This document shows, piece after piece, positions 32,237-42,282 of a stretch of DNA of 64,000 nucleotides. Source of the stretch: an uncultured Acidimicrobiales bacterium (GTDB lineage Bacteria; Actinomycetota; Acidimicrobiia; Acidimicrobiales; VFJN01); the NCBI GenBank assembly GCA_963759225.1, contig CAVWYL010000022.1:311642-375641 (forward strand). Reading direction: 5' to 3'. The position numbers were made by a program, and so were the translations under genes. The notes under the pieces were generated by a model. The model did no database searches, was not told the origin of the DNA, and saw only the letters and a list, made by a program, of their open reading frames with translations. The first letter of the stretch is position 1. Every line of letters starts with the position of its first letter.

Positions 32237-33441
32237 TCGCCGCCCGCCAGGGCGAGGCGGGCCATGAGCGCCGGGACCAGCGGGTCGTCGGCGGTCGCGT
32301 GGCGGACGGCCTGCTCGAGGACCTCGACGTCGTAGGGGTGGACGGCGGCGAAGCGCAGGGCGGCGGAGACGTTGGGGTGGCGCACCAGGGCGGTGCGCAG
32401 GGCCACGTCGAGGCGGTGGCGCTCGTCCACGAGCGCGGGCGCCTCGCTGGCGGGGAGGAGCTGGCCCGTGTACAGCCGGGCCGCGCCGTCCACGTCGCCG
32501 ACCGCCAGCCGCTCGTGCAGCTCGGCGGCGTCGAGCCGCACGGGCAGCGTGAGCCGGTAGGGCCGCGACTCCAGCCGGCCGCCGAGCGCCCGCCGGAGAT
32601 GGGAGATCTCGGCCTTGAGGGTGGCGGCGCTGACGCGCCGGTCGCCGTAGAGGCGGGCGTGGAGCATCTCCAGCGTCGCCGTGCCGCTGAGCCCCAGCAG
32701 CGTCAGGATCTCGTACTGGCGCGGCGTGAGCCGCAGCCGGCGGCCGTCGAGGAGGGCGATCGGGTCGCCGAGCACCCGCAGGTCGAGCTGGGGGGCGAGG
32801 GCGTCGGCGGGGGAGCGGTCCAGGGTCCGCAGCTCGTGCTCGACCAGCCGGGCCATCGACGCCACGGTGGTCTGGCCGAGAGGGTTGGCCTGCTTCCACG
32901 TGGTCGACAGGTCGATCACGCCGACCTGGCTGCCGTCCGGGCCGTGCACCGGGGCGCCGTAGCACACCCAGTCGGAGATGGGACCGAGCCAGTGCTCGGT
33001 GGCGAACACGGTCACGGGCCGGTCGGCGGCCAGCGCGAGGCCGATGCCGTTGGTGCCGGAGGTCGCCTCCTGCCACACGCCGCCGGGGAGGAGCCCGATG
33101 CGGTCGGCCCCGGGCTGCAGCCAGCGGGGCGTGTACTGCCACAGCACGCGGCCGTCGGCGTCGGTGATGCAGGCGATGAGGTCGGAGGACCGCGCCGCCT
33201 GCTCGAGCTGGTCGACGAGCCCGGGGACGGCCCGCCGGATCAGCGAGGCGTCCCAGCGCTCGTCGATGTCGTCGGTCGGGTCGACGGGAGCGTGGTCACG
33301 GGCGGTGTCGAGGACCGGGGCACACCGCTGCCACGACGCCCGGACGACGGGGTCGACGAGTTTCGGTGACGGCGAGGTCCACAAGTGGGCCTTGGCCCGC
33401 TCGATCGCCTCGAGTCTGAGAACGACGTCTCGTCGCACCAT
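32233..33441 (-). CDS. GAF-domain transcriptional regulator with C-terminal DNA-binding/BTAD-like region
   Basis: ORF 32233..33531 with probable start at M31 (MVRRDVVLRLEAIERAK). The GAF-like core carries ITDADGRVLW...TNGIGLALA...VHGPDGSQVGVIDLS. LTPRQYEILTLLG suggests an HTH. Confidence 0.7.
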   Translation of the reverse strand: MVRRDVVLRLEAIERAKAHLWTSPSPKLVDPVVRASWQRCAPVLDTARDHAPVDPTDDIDERWDASLIRRAVPGLVDQLEQAARSSDLIACITDADGRVLWQYTPRWLQPGADRIGLLPGGVWQEATSGTNGIGLALAADRPVTVFATEHWLGPISDWVCYGAPVHGPDGSQVGVIDLSTTWKQANPLGQTTVASMARLVEHELRTLDRSPADALAPQLDLRVLGDPIALLDGRRLRLTPRQYEILTLLGLSGTATLEMLHARLYGDRRVSAATLKAEISHLRRALGGRLESRPYRLTLPVRLDAAELHERLAVGDVDGAARLYTGQLLPASEAPALVDERHRLDVALRTALVRHPNVSAALRFAAVHPYDVEVLEQAVRHATADDPLVPALMARLALAGGD

Positions 33442-33620
33442 GCCCCTCTTTGCGGCCGTCGTCGCCCGTCGAGCATACGCCACTTGAACGCGTTCCGCGC
33501 GCACGCGACCCCGCTGGCGGGTTTCCACCAACCTTCGTCCAACCTAGCGGGGTGCATCATCCCGGCGGCGGCGTTCCATGGTGGCGTCGCCAAACTCCCC
33601 CCGGAGCCCCAAGGTGCCGC

Positions 33621-33667
33621 GGGGGACGGAGGCGGATCACGCCCGCCCGCCGCCGCCTCCGTCTCCC
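33621..33667. promoter_or_regulatory. Strong GC hairpin in the regulator/MoxR divergent intergenic region
   Basis: GACGGAGGCGG (33625-33635) pairs perfectly with CCGCCTCCGTC (33653-33663), and flanking G/C pairs extend the stem. Confidence 0.35.
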
Positions 33668-33781
33668 GTCGGTCACTTGGAGCGCGCCGGTCGGCGGCCG
33701 GGACGGCTTCCTCCCCGCTGATCCCCCGCCGCCGGACCGGGGGGAGGACCGCGTCCGGGCCCCGATCCGGGCGATTCTGGA

Positions 33782-33797
33782 TTGACCCCGCGGTCAA
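33782..33797. promoter_or_regulatory. 6-4-6 inverted repeat TTGACC-CCGC-GGTCAA just upstream of the MoxR-like gene
   Basis: Read directly from the sequence, 23 nt upstream of the ATG at 33820. It is a candidate operator and/or -35-like element. Confidence 0.3.
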
Positions 33798-33819
33798 GTC
33801 AGCCGGTAACCTGGGCGCC

Positions 33820-34755
33820 ATGACCGATCCGGCACACCGCTTCGAGTCCGTCCCGGCCGTGCGCGACTCGCTCGCCAAGGTCGACTACCTGGCCGACGAC
33901 GGGATCGCCGGTGTCGTCTACCTCGCCGACCGCCTGGGCAAGCCCGTGCTGATCGAGGGCCCGGCCGGCACGGGCAAGACGCAGCTCGCCAAGTCCGTGG
34001 CCGAGATCAGCGGCGCCCGGCTCATCCGCCTCCAGTGCTACGAGGGCCTCGACGAGTCCAAGGCGCTGTACGAGTGGAACTACAAGAAGCAGCTCCTGCG
34101 CATCCAGGCCGAGCGCAACGACGGCGCCACCTGGTCCGAGGTCGAGGACGACATCTTCTCCGACGAGTTCCTCCTCACCCGGCCCCTGCTCGAGGCCATC
34201 CGGGCCGAGGACCCGGTCGTGCTGCTCATCGACGAGGTCGACCGGGTCGAGGTCGAGACCGAGGCGCTGCTGCTGGAGATCCTGTCCGACTACCAGGTCT
34301 CGATCCCGGAGCTGGGCACGGTCACCGCCAACCAGGTCCCGCTGGTGTTCCTCACCTCCAACAACACCCGCGAGCTGTCCGAGGCCCTGAAGCGCCGCTG
34401 CCTGTTCCTCCACGTCGACTACCCCGACCTCGACCGCGAGCGCGAGATCGTGCTGGCCAAGGTGCCGGGCATCACCACCAACCTGGCCGACCAGGTGGCC
34501 CGCATCGTCCGGTCGATCCGCCAGCTCGAGCTGAAGAAGCCGCCGTCGGTGTCCGAGACCCTCGACTGGGCCCGGACCCTGCTGCTGCTGGGCGTCGAGC
34601 AGGTCGATGCGGCCACCGCCACCGGCACGGCCAACATCCTGCTCAAGTACCAGAGCGACATCGCCAAGGCGACCAAGGAGCTGGAGCAGGACGCGACCCT
34701 CGGCGGCGAGGCGGCAGCGGCGGCCGGGGCCAAGCCCTGGCAGCGCAATGGCTGA
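33820..34755 (+). CDS. MoxR-like AAA+ ATPase (CoxD-like)
   Basis: 311 codons from MTDPAHRFESV with Walker A GPAGTGKT, Walker B LLIDEVDR and FLTSNNTRELSEALKRRC. The upstream part of track ORF 33385..34755 has poor GC3. Confidence 0.9.
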   Translation: MTDPAHRFESVPAVRDSLAKVDYLADDGIAGVVYLADRLGKPVLIEGPAGTGKTQLAKSVAEISGARLIRLQCYEGLDESKALYEWNYKKQLLRIQAERNDGATWSEVEDDIFSDEFLLTRPLLEAIRAEDPVVLLIDEVDRVEVETEALLLEILSDYQVSIPELGTVTANQVPLVFLTSNNTRELSEALKRRCLFLHVDYPDLDREREIVLAKVPGITTNLADQVARIVRSIRQLELKKPPSVSETLDWARTLLLLGVEQVDAATATGTANILLKYQSDIAKATKELEQDATLGGEAAAAAGAKPWQRNG

Positions 34756-36406
34756 TCCCGGCGAGGACGCGACGCCCGCGTCGACCAACGGCAACGGCAG
34801 CGCCGCCGCCGGCATCACCGCGGGCCGCCACGGCGCCCGCGCCGGCGACGGGGCCGCCGCCGGCATCGAGGGCCGCCGGGCAGGGGACGGCGAGCCGGCC
34901 CGGCACGCGCCCCGCACGCTCGACGAGGCCGACCGCCGCCTCGCCGAGATCGGCTCGGGCATCGCGCTGACCGAGCTGCTCAGCGGGTTCATCGCCGAGC
35001 TCCGCACGGCGGGGCTGCCCGTGAGCCTCACCGAGAACCTCGACGCCATGGCCGCCATCCAGCACATCCCGCTGGAGGACCGGGACGCCTTCAAGTACGC
35101 GCTGGCCGCCACGCTGGTGAAGAACGCCGCGCACTGGCGGGTGTTCGAGACCGTGTTCGAGGTCTACTTCTCGCTGCGGGGCCGCGAGTACGCCCTCACC
35201 GACGAGCAGGCCGCGGCGCTGGCCGACCTCGACGAGATCATGGGCGAGCAGGAGGGCCAGGAGGGCGACCAGCGCGGCGCCGGCGGCGCCGCCGACCAGA
35301 TGACGCCCGAAGAGCTGGCCGAGATGCTGTTCAAGGCGCTGGCCCAGGGCAACGAGGCCATGCTCAAGGCCCTGGCCCGCCAGGCCGTGCGCCGCTACGC
35401 GGGCATGGAGCCGGGCCGTCCCGTGGGCGGCACCTACTACCTGTACCGCACGCTGCGGAACCTCGACCTCGACGGCGTGCTGGACCGCCTCATGCAGGAG
35501 GCCCGCCAGCAGGCGCCCGACGACCTGACGCCGCTGGAGGAGCGCCTCGAGCGCGACGAGTACGAGGCCCGGATCGACCAGCTCCGCAAGGAGATCGAGG
35601 CCGAGATCCGCCGCCGGCTCGTGGCCGACCGGGGCGTCGAGGCCATGGCCAGGACGCTGCGCAAGCCGCTGCCCGAGGACGTCGACTTCATGCACGCCAG
35701 CCGCGAGGAGATGGCGTCGCTGCGCAAGGCCATCTACCCGCTGACCCGCAAGCTCGCGGTGCGGCTGGCCCGCAAGCGGCGCCACGGCCGCAAGGGCCCG
35801 CTCGACTTCCGGGCCACGGTCCGCCACTCGCTGTCGACCGGCGGCGTGCCGATCGAGCCCCGGTTCCGCTACCCCCGCCCGTCCAAGCCCGAGATCTTCG
35901 TCGTGGCCGACATCTCGGGCTCGGTGGCCGCCTTCGCCCGCTTCACGCTGCACCTGGTGTACGCCATCTCGAACCAGTTCTCGAAGGTGCGGGCGTTCGT
36001 GTTCATCGACGGCATCGACGAGGTGACCCGGCTGTTCGAGGGCACCGAGGACATCGGCGAGGCGGTCCACCGGGTCAACACCGAGGCCGACGTCATCTGG
36101 GTCGACGGCCACAGCGACTACGGGCACGCCTTCGAGATCTTCTGGCAGCGCTACGGCAAGGACGTGGGACCGAAGACCACCGTCCTGCTGCTCGGCGACG
36201 CGCGCAACAACTACCACGCCACCCAGTCGTGGGTCGTCAAGGAGATGCAGCACCGGGCCCGCCACGTGTACTGGCTGAACCCGGAGCCGCGCAGCTACTG
36301 GGACACGGGCGACTCGATCATCGGCGAGTACGCGACGCACTGCGACGGGGTGTTCGAGTGCCGCAACCTCCGTCAGCTCGAACGGTTCGTCGACCACCTG
36401 GTGTAG
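34748..36406 (+). CDS. VWA-domain protein (CoxE-like)
   Basis: 552 codons from MADPGEDATP, with an 8-nt overlap with the MoxR stop. MIDAS motif VVADISGSV. C-terminus ...WLNPEPRSYWDTGDS...CRNLRQLERFVDHLV. Confidence 0.88.
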   Translation: MADPGEDATPASTNGNGSAAAGITAGRHGARAGDGAAAGIEGRRAGDGEPARHAPRTLDEADRRLAEIGSGIALTELLSGFIAELRTAGLPVSLTENLDAMAAIQHIPLEDRDAFKYALAATLVKNAAHWRVFETVFEVYFSLRGREYALTDEQAAALADLDEIMGEQEGQEGDQRGAGGAADQMTPEELAEMLFKALAQGNEAMLKALARQAVRRYAGMEPGRPVGGTYYLYRTLRNLDLDGVLDRLMQEARQQAPDDLTPLEERLERDEYEARIDQLRKEIEAEIRRRLVADRGVEAMARTLRKPLPEDVDFMHASREEMASLRKAIYPLTRKLAVRLARKRRHGRKGPLDFRATVRHSLSTGGVPIEPRFRYPRPSKPEIFVVADISGSVAAFARFTLHLVYAISNQFSKVRAFVFIDGIDEVTRLFEGTEDIGEAVHRVNTEADVIWVDGHSDYGHAFEIFWQRYGKDVGPKTTVLLLGDARNNYHATQSWVVKEMQHRARHVYWLNPEPRSYWDTGDSIIGEYATHCDGVFECRNLRQLERFVDHLV

Positions 36407-36408
36407 GA

Positions 36409-36548
36409 GGCTGCGCCGATAGGCGTAGCCGTGGCCCGAGCGGCCCGCTGCGAAGCAGCAAGAGCGGGAAGCACAGTTGCCGCGGCTGCGCCGAAGGCGT
36501 AGCCGTGGCCCGAGCGGCCCGCTGCGAAGCAGCAAGAGCGGGAAGCAC
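36409..36548. repeat. 75-bp tandem duplication (about 1.9 copies) of a hairpin-containing element
   Basis: GGCTGCGCCGA(T)AGGCGTAGCCGTGGCCCGAGCGGCCCGCTGCGAAGCAGCAAGAGCGGGAAGCAC occurs at about 36409 and again at about 36484, with a single 1-nt difference. Each copy contains the stem CCCGCT/AGCGGG. It sits between convergent gene ends. Confidence 0.8.
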
Positions 36549-36594
36549 GGACCACGGTGGCCGCGATGGCGTGCCTTGTCCGCGCACGCTCAGG

Positions 36595-37545
36595 TCAGCA
36601 GCGGACCTCCGCGCCGGTGGAGGTGACGTTGTAGCCGGCGTCGATGCTGACGGTGCGGTTGTCGGCCCACGTCATCGAGGCGGCCCCGCACTGGGTGTTG
36701 ACCGTGTAGGCCGGACCGAAGTCCGCGGAACCGCTCACGATGCGGTTCCCGGTGATCCGCCACGGGCCCACGTCCGCCGAGCCCCCGCAGTTGAAGCTGG
36801 ACGTGGCCGCGTTGCCGCTGTCGTCGTGGATGCGGAGCGTGTACGCCCCGCCCTTGAGGAGGTTGTTCTCCACGACGGCGGACACGGAGCAGTCGGCGAA
36901 GAACACGGCCGCGTTGTTGGACGGTCCCTCGGCGTCGATCGTGTTGTGGCGCACGGTCACGTTCTGGCCGCCGAAGAAGCCCTGGACGCCGTCGAGGTGC
37001 AGGTCGCCCGAGGGCGTGGCCTTGAAGTAGTTGTCCTGGATCAGCACGTCGTTCGGTCCGCCCTGCTGGGGCGCCGACACCCGGAAGCCGTCGGAGCCGT
37101 AGACCTCGTTGCGCAGCGCCGTGTACCGGCCCGGGCCGATCGTCCCGTGCTGGGTGACGCCGGCGGCGGAGCCGTTCGGCTCACCGACGGTCGAGTCCCT
37201 GATCGTCATGGCGTACTGATGACCGTCGCCGCCCGAGCAGGTGCCGAGGTCGAACTGGTTCCAGATCCGGCCGTGCACCCGCGAGTTGCGGATCGTCACG
37301 CCCTCGGCGCAGACGTTGACAGAGCCGGTGACCTCGATGCCGTCGAGCACCGCGCCCGGGGTGGTGACGTTGAGGTTGCCGTTGTGCGTGCTGGTGGGCC
37401 GCCAGCCGTCGGGCAGGCCCACCTTGGCCGGCGTCGGGTAGCCCGTGAACGGGGTCGGCTCGGTGGACGGGGCCGGCGCGCAGGCGGCCCCGGTGAGTGC
37501 GAGCCCGGCAAGCGCGGGCGCGAGGGCGAGGGCGAATCGGCGCAT
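36595..37545 (-). CDS. Right-handed parallel beta-helix repeat lipoprotein (pectate-lyase-like fold)
   Basis: Intact 316-aa ORF with lipobox LALTGAAC-AP. Repeated short beta-helix rungs are visible: VTIRNSRVHG, MTIRDSTVG, VLIQDNYF, VTVRHNTI, AVVENNLL. Confidence 0.75.
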   Translation of the reverse strand: MRRFALALAPALAGLALTGAACAPAPSTEPTPFTGYPTPAKVGLPDGWRPTSTHNGNLNVTTPGAVLDGIEVTGSVNVCAEGVTIRNSRVHGRIWNQFDLGTCSGGDGHQYAMTIRDSTVGEPNGSAAGVTQHGTIGPGRYTALRNEVYGSDGFRVSAPQQGGPNDVLIQDNYFKATPSGDLHLDGVQGFFGGQNVTVRHNTIDAEGPSNNAAVFFADCSVSAVVENNLLKGGAYTLRIHDDSGNAATSSFNCGGSADVGPWRITGNRIVSGSADFGPAYTVNTQCGAASMTWADNRTVSIDAGYNVTSTGAEVRC

Positions 37546-37734
37546 CGTGATTCCTCCAGCGCCCGCTCAGACGCGACAAGGCGCCCGCGATGGCGGACCC
37601 CCAGCCAGTGGACTTCACTATGAGAGGTCAGAACTACCACGCAGGATGAATTAGCGCAACCGCTCTCGGCGTGAGCTGCTGCCCGGCGGGCGAGCACGAT
37701 CGGCGGCGGGGCCCTGCACCGCGGGAGGCGATCA

Positions 37735-37787
37735 GGTGTCGTAACCTCCGGCGGCTCGAAAGTTTCGTCGATCACCTGGTGCAGCCG
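37735..37787 (+). pseudogene. Diverged relic of a CoxE-like VWA gene 3' end
   Basis: It encodes CRNLRRLESFVDHLV versus CRNLRQLERFVDHLV at 36358-36406. Most nucleotide differences are at third codon positions, and the stop is replaced by CAG. It runs straight into the ATG of the next gene. Confidence 0.6.
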
Positions 37788-38606
37788 ATGTCCTTCCCCG
37801 ATCCCCCGCCCCCCGGTCCCGGCGCGCCCGGCGGCCCGCCCCCGGGGCAGTACCCGCCCCCGCCCGGTTCCGGCTACCCGCCCGGCCCCGGCTACCCGTC
37901 CGGCGGGTACCCGCAGGACACCGGCCAACCGCCGGGCCCGGGCTACCCGCCCGGCCCCGGGTACCCCTACGGCGGCCCGCCGCCCGCGGCGCAGGGCACC
38001 GACGGCTTCGCCATCGCGGCGCTCGTGTTCGGCATCATCGGCGGCATCCTGCTGGCGGTCATCTTCGCCATCGTCGCCCTCGTCCGCATCGGCAAGAGCG
38101 GCCGCAAGGGCAAGGGCCTGGCCATCGCCGCCCTGGTGCTGTCCGCGCTGTGGGTCGTCGGCCTGGTCGTGCTCATCGCGGCGGCGGCCGAGGACGAGGC
38201 GGCGCGTGACGACTCCGGCGAGATCGTCGAGGAGGGCGACGTGTCGGCCTTCGACGTCTCGGTCGGCGACTGCTGGAACGACATCCCGGCCCAGCAGGAG
38301 GTCGAGTCGATCACCGCGGTGCCGTGCAGCGAGCCCCACGAGAGCGAGGTGTTCGCGACGTTCGACATCGACCTGGGCAGCGACGACTGGCCGGGCGACC
38401 CGGCGGTGATCGCGGCCGCCGAGACCGGCTGTGTCGAGCGGTTCGGAGAGTTCGTCGGCGTGCCCTACGAGCAGTCGACGCTCGAGGTCTTCTACTTCCA
38501 CCCCACGGAGGACTCGTGGACCACGCTCGACGACCGCGAGGCCGTGTGCTCGGTCGTCGACCCCGCCGGCCAGACCACCGGCTCGCTGGCGGGCGTCGCC
38601 CGCTGA
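37788..38606 (+). CDS. DUF4190-type membrane protein with Pro/Gly/Tyr-rich N-terminus and Cys-containing extracytoplasmic domain
   Basis: Starts MSFPDPPPPGPG... with PGYP repeats. It has two TM helices (FAIAALVFGIIGGILLAVIFAIVALV; LAIAALVLSALWVVGLVVLIAAA) and then GDCWND...VPCSEPHESEVF...ETGC, a septum-formation-like domain. Confidence 0.75.
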   Translation: MSFPDPPPPGPGAPGGPPPGQYPPPPGSGYPPGPGYPSGGYPQDTGQPPGPGYPPGPGYPYGGPPPAAQGTDGFAIAALVFGIIGGILLAVIFAIVALVRIGKSGRKGKGLAIAALVLSALWVVGLVVLIAAAAEDEAARDDSGEIVEEGDVSAFDVSVGDCWNDIPAQQEVESITAVPCSEPHESEVFATFDIDLGSDDWPGDPAVIAAAETGCVERFGEFVGVPYEQSTLEVFYFHPTEDSWTTLDDREAVCSVVDPAGQTTGSLAGVAR

Positions 38607-38698
38607 CCGCGTATCACCGCAGCGGCGCCGGCCTCTGACCTCACGCCCCGCAAGGGGATTGCAAGCGTCCTTGGAGGGCGTGGAGCGATGGTGGTGCC

Positions 38699-39325
38699 AT
38701 GAGGAACGCGGCGGACACTCACGCCGGGCGGCGACCCGGGTGCAGGACGGCCGGGACGGGCGCGCCCCGCCGCGTCACGATCGTGCACAGCGACATCGTC
38801 GGCTCGACGGACCTCGTGGCCCAGGCCGGATCCCGCTACCCCCAGGTGCTGTCCCGGCACCGCCGCCTGATCGCGGCGGCCGTGGCCCGGCTGGGCGGGC
38901 GGTTCCTGTCGCACGCCGGCGACGGCACCATGGCGATCTTCGACGAACCGGTGGCCGCGCTGCGGGCCGCGGTCGAGGCGCAGCGGGCCCTGGCGGGCGA
39001 GCCGTGGCCGGCGGGGCTCGCCCCCCGGGTGCGGATGGGCGTGCACGCCGGCGACGTCTACGACCTGGCCGACGGCGAGCCGGTGGGCCTGGCGGTGCAC
39101 GAGGGCGCCCGCATCATGGCGCTGGCCGGCGCCGGGCAGGTGGTGGTGTCCGACGCCGTGGCCGAGTCCGTGCCGGTCGGCGAGGGCCCGTGCCTGGCCG
39201 AGGCCGGTCACCACGCCGTGCGCGACCACCGCGGCCCCGTCCGGCTGCGCCAGGTCGTGGCGGACGGGCTGACCGTCGTGCTGCCGTCGGCGCCGGCCGG
39301 CGCGCCTCTCTGCAGCGTCGCCTGA
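38699..39325 (+). CDS. Class III adenylate/guanylate cyclase domain protein
   Basis: 208-aa ORF with VTIVHSDIVGSTDL, HAGDGTMAIF and RVRMGVHAGDV. Confidence 0.8.
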   Translation: MRNAADTHAGRRPGCRTAGTGAPRRVTIVHSDIVGSTDLVAQAGSRYPQVLSRHRRLIAAAVARLGGRFLSHAGDGTMAIFDEPVAALRAAVEAQRALAGEPWPAGLAPRVRMGVHAGDVYDLADGEPVGLAVHEGARIMALAGAGQVVVSDAVAESVPVGEGPCLAEAGHHAVRDHRGPVRLRQVVADGLTVVLPSAPAGAPLCSVA

Positions 39326-39344
39326 GCGCACCTACGCTGGCGGC

Positions 39345-39831
39345 GTGGCACGCATCCAATTTCCTGAACGCGGGTTCGGCGAGCACGTCGACTGGGCGCT
39401 GCTGCGCCCGGCGATGGCGGCGGGGATGGGCGCGCTGTCCGAGGCCGTGTACGGCAACACCCAGCTCTCCCTGCGGGAGCGGGAGGCCGCCCGCTGGACC
39501 ATCGCGCTGGTCAACGACTGCGTCGTGTGCCAGGACACCCGGGCCCGCGGCGGCGAGGCGGCCGGGGTCGACGAGGGGTTCTACGGCCAGGTGGCGTCGT
39601 GGCGCACGGACGAGGGCCTGTCGGACCGCGAGCGCCTGGCGGCCGAGTTCGCCGAGCGCTTCGCGCTCGACCACCAGGGGATGGACGACGGGTTCTGGTC
39701 CCGCCTGCGGGCGGCCTACGCCGACGACGAGATCGCCGACCTGACGATGTGCTGCGGCACGTTCCTCGGGCCTGGGCCGGATCCTGGCGGTCGTCGGGGT
39801 GCGCGCCCCGGACGACCGCATCCTCGTCTGA
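39345..39831 (+). CDS. Carboxymuconolactone decarboxylase (AhpD-like) family protein; one frame break near the 3' end
   Basis: Carries a CVVC redox motif and REREAARWTIALVNDC. After ...TMCCGTFLG a 1-nt shift near 39770 restores ...LGRILAVVGVRAPDDRILV-stop. Confidence 0.65.
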
Positions 39832-39852
39832 CCCGTGGACCGATGAACGCCG

Positions 39853-39866
39853 TGGAAGCGGTTCCA
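39853..39866. promoter_or_regulatory. LacI/CebR-type operator TGGAAGCGGTTCCA (copy 1)
   Basis: A 14-bp near-palindrome matching the LacI-family TGnnAnCGnTnnCA pattern. It lies upstream of the LacI/ABC locus. Confidence 0.6.
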
Positions 39867-39909
39867 TTGACAGAGTGACGTCGGACACATATCGTTGCCG
39901 CAAGCGGCG

Positions 39910-39923
39910 TGGAAGCGGTTCCA
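39910..39923. promoter_or_regulatory. LacI/CebR-type operator TGGAAGCGGTTCCA (copy 2)
   Basis: An identical 14-mer lies 57 bp downstream of copy 1. The flanks are also repeated (CGTGGAAGCGGTTCCA). Confidence 0.6.
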
Positions 39924-39940
39924 CGACTGCGACATCGGCC

Positions 39941-40984
39941 ATGCACGGCCACGAGGGGGGAAGGTGGTCACGATCGCGGACGTCGCGGCGCAGGCGGGCG
40001 TGGGCGCCGGCACCGTCTCGCGGGTGCTCAACGACAGCCCCCGGGTCAGCGAGCGCACCCGGGCCCGGGTGCTGGCCGCCATCGAGGTGCTCGACTACCG
40101 GCCGAACCCGCTGGCCCGGGGCCTGTCGCGGGGGCGGTGCCAGACCCTCGGGGTGCGTCGTTCCGTTCTTCACCCACGCCTCGGCGGTCGAGCGCCTGCG
40201 CGGCGTCGTCGCCGCGCTCGAGGGCAGCCGCTACGACCTCGTCCTGTTCAACGTCGAGTCGCCGGTCCACCGCGACGAGCACTTCGCCACGCTCACCCGG
40301 CGGGACCGGGCCGACGGGCTGCTCGTCATGTCGCTGCCGCCACCGCCCGGCAGCCTCGCGCCGCCTCGCCGACGCCGGCGTCCCGGTCGTGCTGCTCGAC
40401 GCTCGCGGGCACGGGCGTCCCCGCGGTCGTCACCGACGACGTCGACGGCGGACGCATCGCCACCGAGCCACCTCGTCGAGCTCGGGCACGAGCGCATCGC
40501 CTTCATCGGCGACGATCCCGACAACCCGCTTCGGCTTCACCGCCAGCCGCAACCGCGAGCAGGGCTACCACGAGGACGATGGCCGAGGCGCGGGCGTCGA
40601 CGCCCGACCCGGCTTCGTCCGGCACGGCCCCCACGTGCGCAGCGTGGCCCGCCGGCTGGCCGAAGAGCTCCTCGCCCGGCGCGACCGCCCGACCGCGGTG
40701 TTCGCCTCCTCCGACACCCAGGCCCTCGGCGTGCTCGAAGCGGCCGCGCGCCGCGGGCCTCGACGTGCCCGAGCGACCTGTCGGTCGTCGGCTTCGACGA
40801 CATCGAGGTGTCGGGCTACGCGGGGCTGACGACGGTCCGCCAGCCCCTGTTCGAGAGCGGCCGGCTCGGGGCCCGGGTGCTGCTCGCCGCCCTCGGAACG
40901 ACGGGCATCTGCCCGAGCCGACGCGAGCACAGGCTCACTCTCGAACTCGTCGAGCGGTCGACGACCGCCCCGCCACGGTCATGA
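39941..40984 (+). pseudogene. LacI-family regulator (CebR-like), heavily frame-broken
   Basis: The HTH is [23 protein letters not shown]. The remainder is scattered over all three forward frames in at least 8 pieces ([85 protein letters not shown]). Confidence 0.75.
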
Positions 40985-41000
40985 GAGGAACGGTACGCAC

Positions 41001-42236
<1,236 letters not shown>

Positions 42237-42282
42237 GGGGGCTGCAATCCAGCAGATCACGAGAGCAACAAAGGAGAAGACG

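Noticed and set aside
33385-33819. N-terminal 145-codon extension of the MoxR-like ORF (and similar extensions at 34607, 28364, 12855..13364, 62635..62676)
   Set aside because: The upstream codons have poor GC3 and low-complexity translation. Family-typical N-termini begin at the internal ATG/GTG codons used in the feature list.
36409-36548. Possible CRISPR array
   Set aside because: There are only two repeat copies, the 9-nt spacer between them is far too short, and no cas genes are present. It is a simple tandem duplication.
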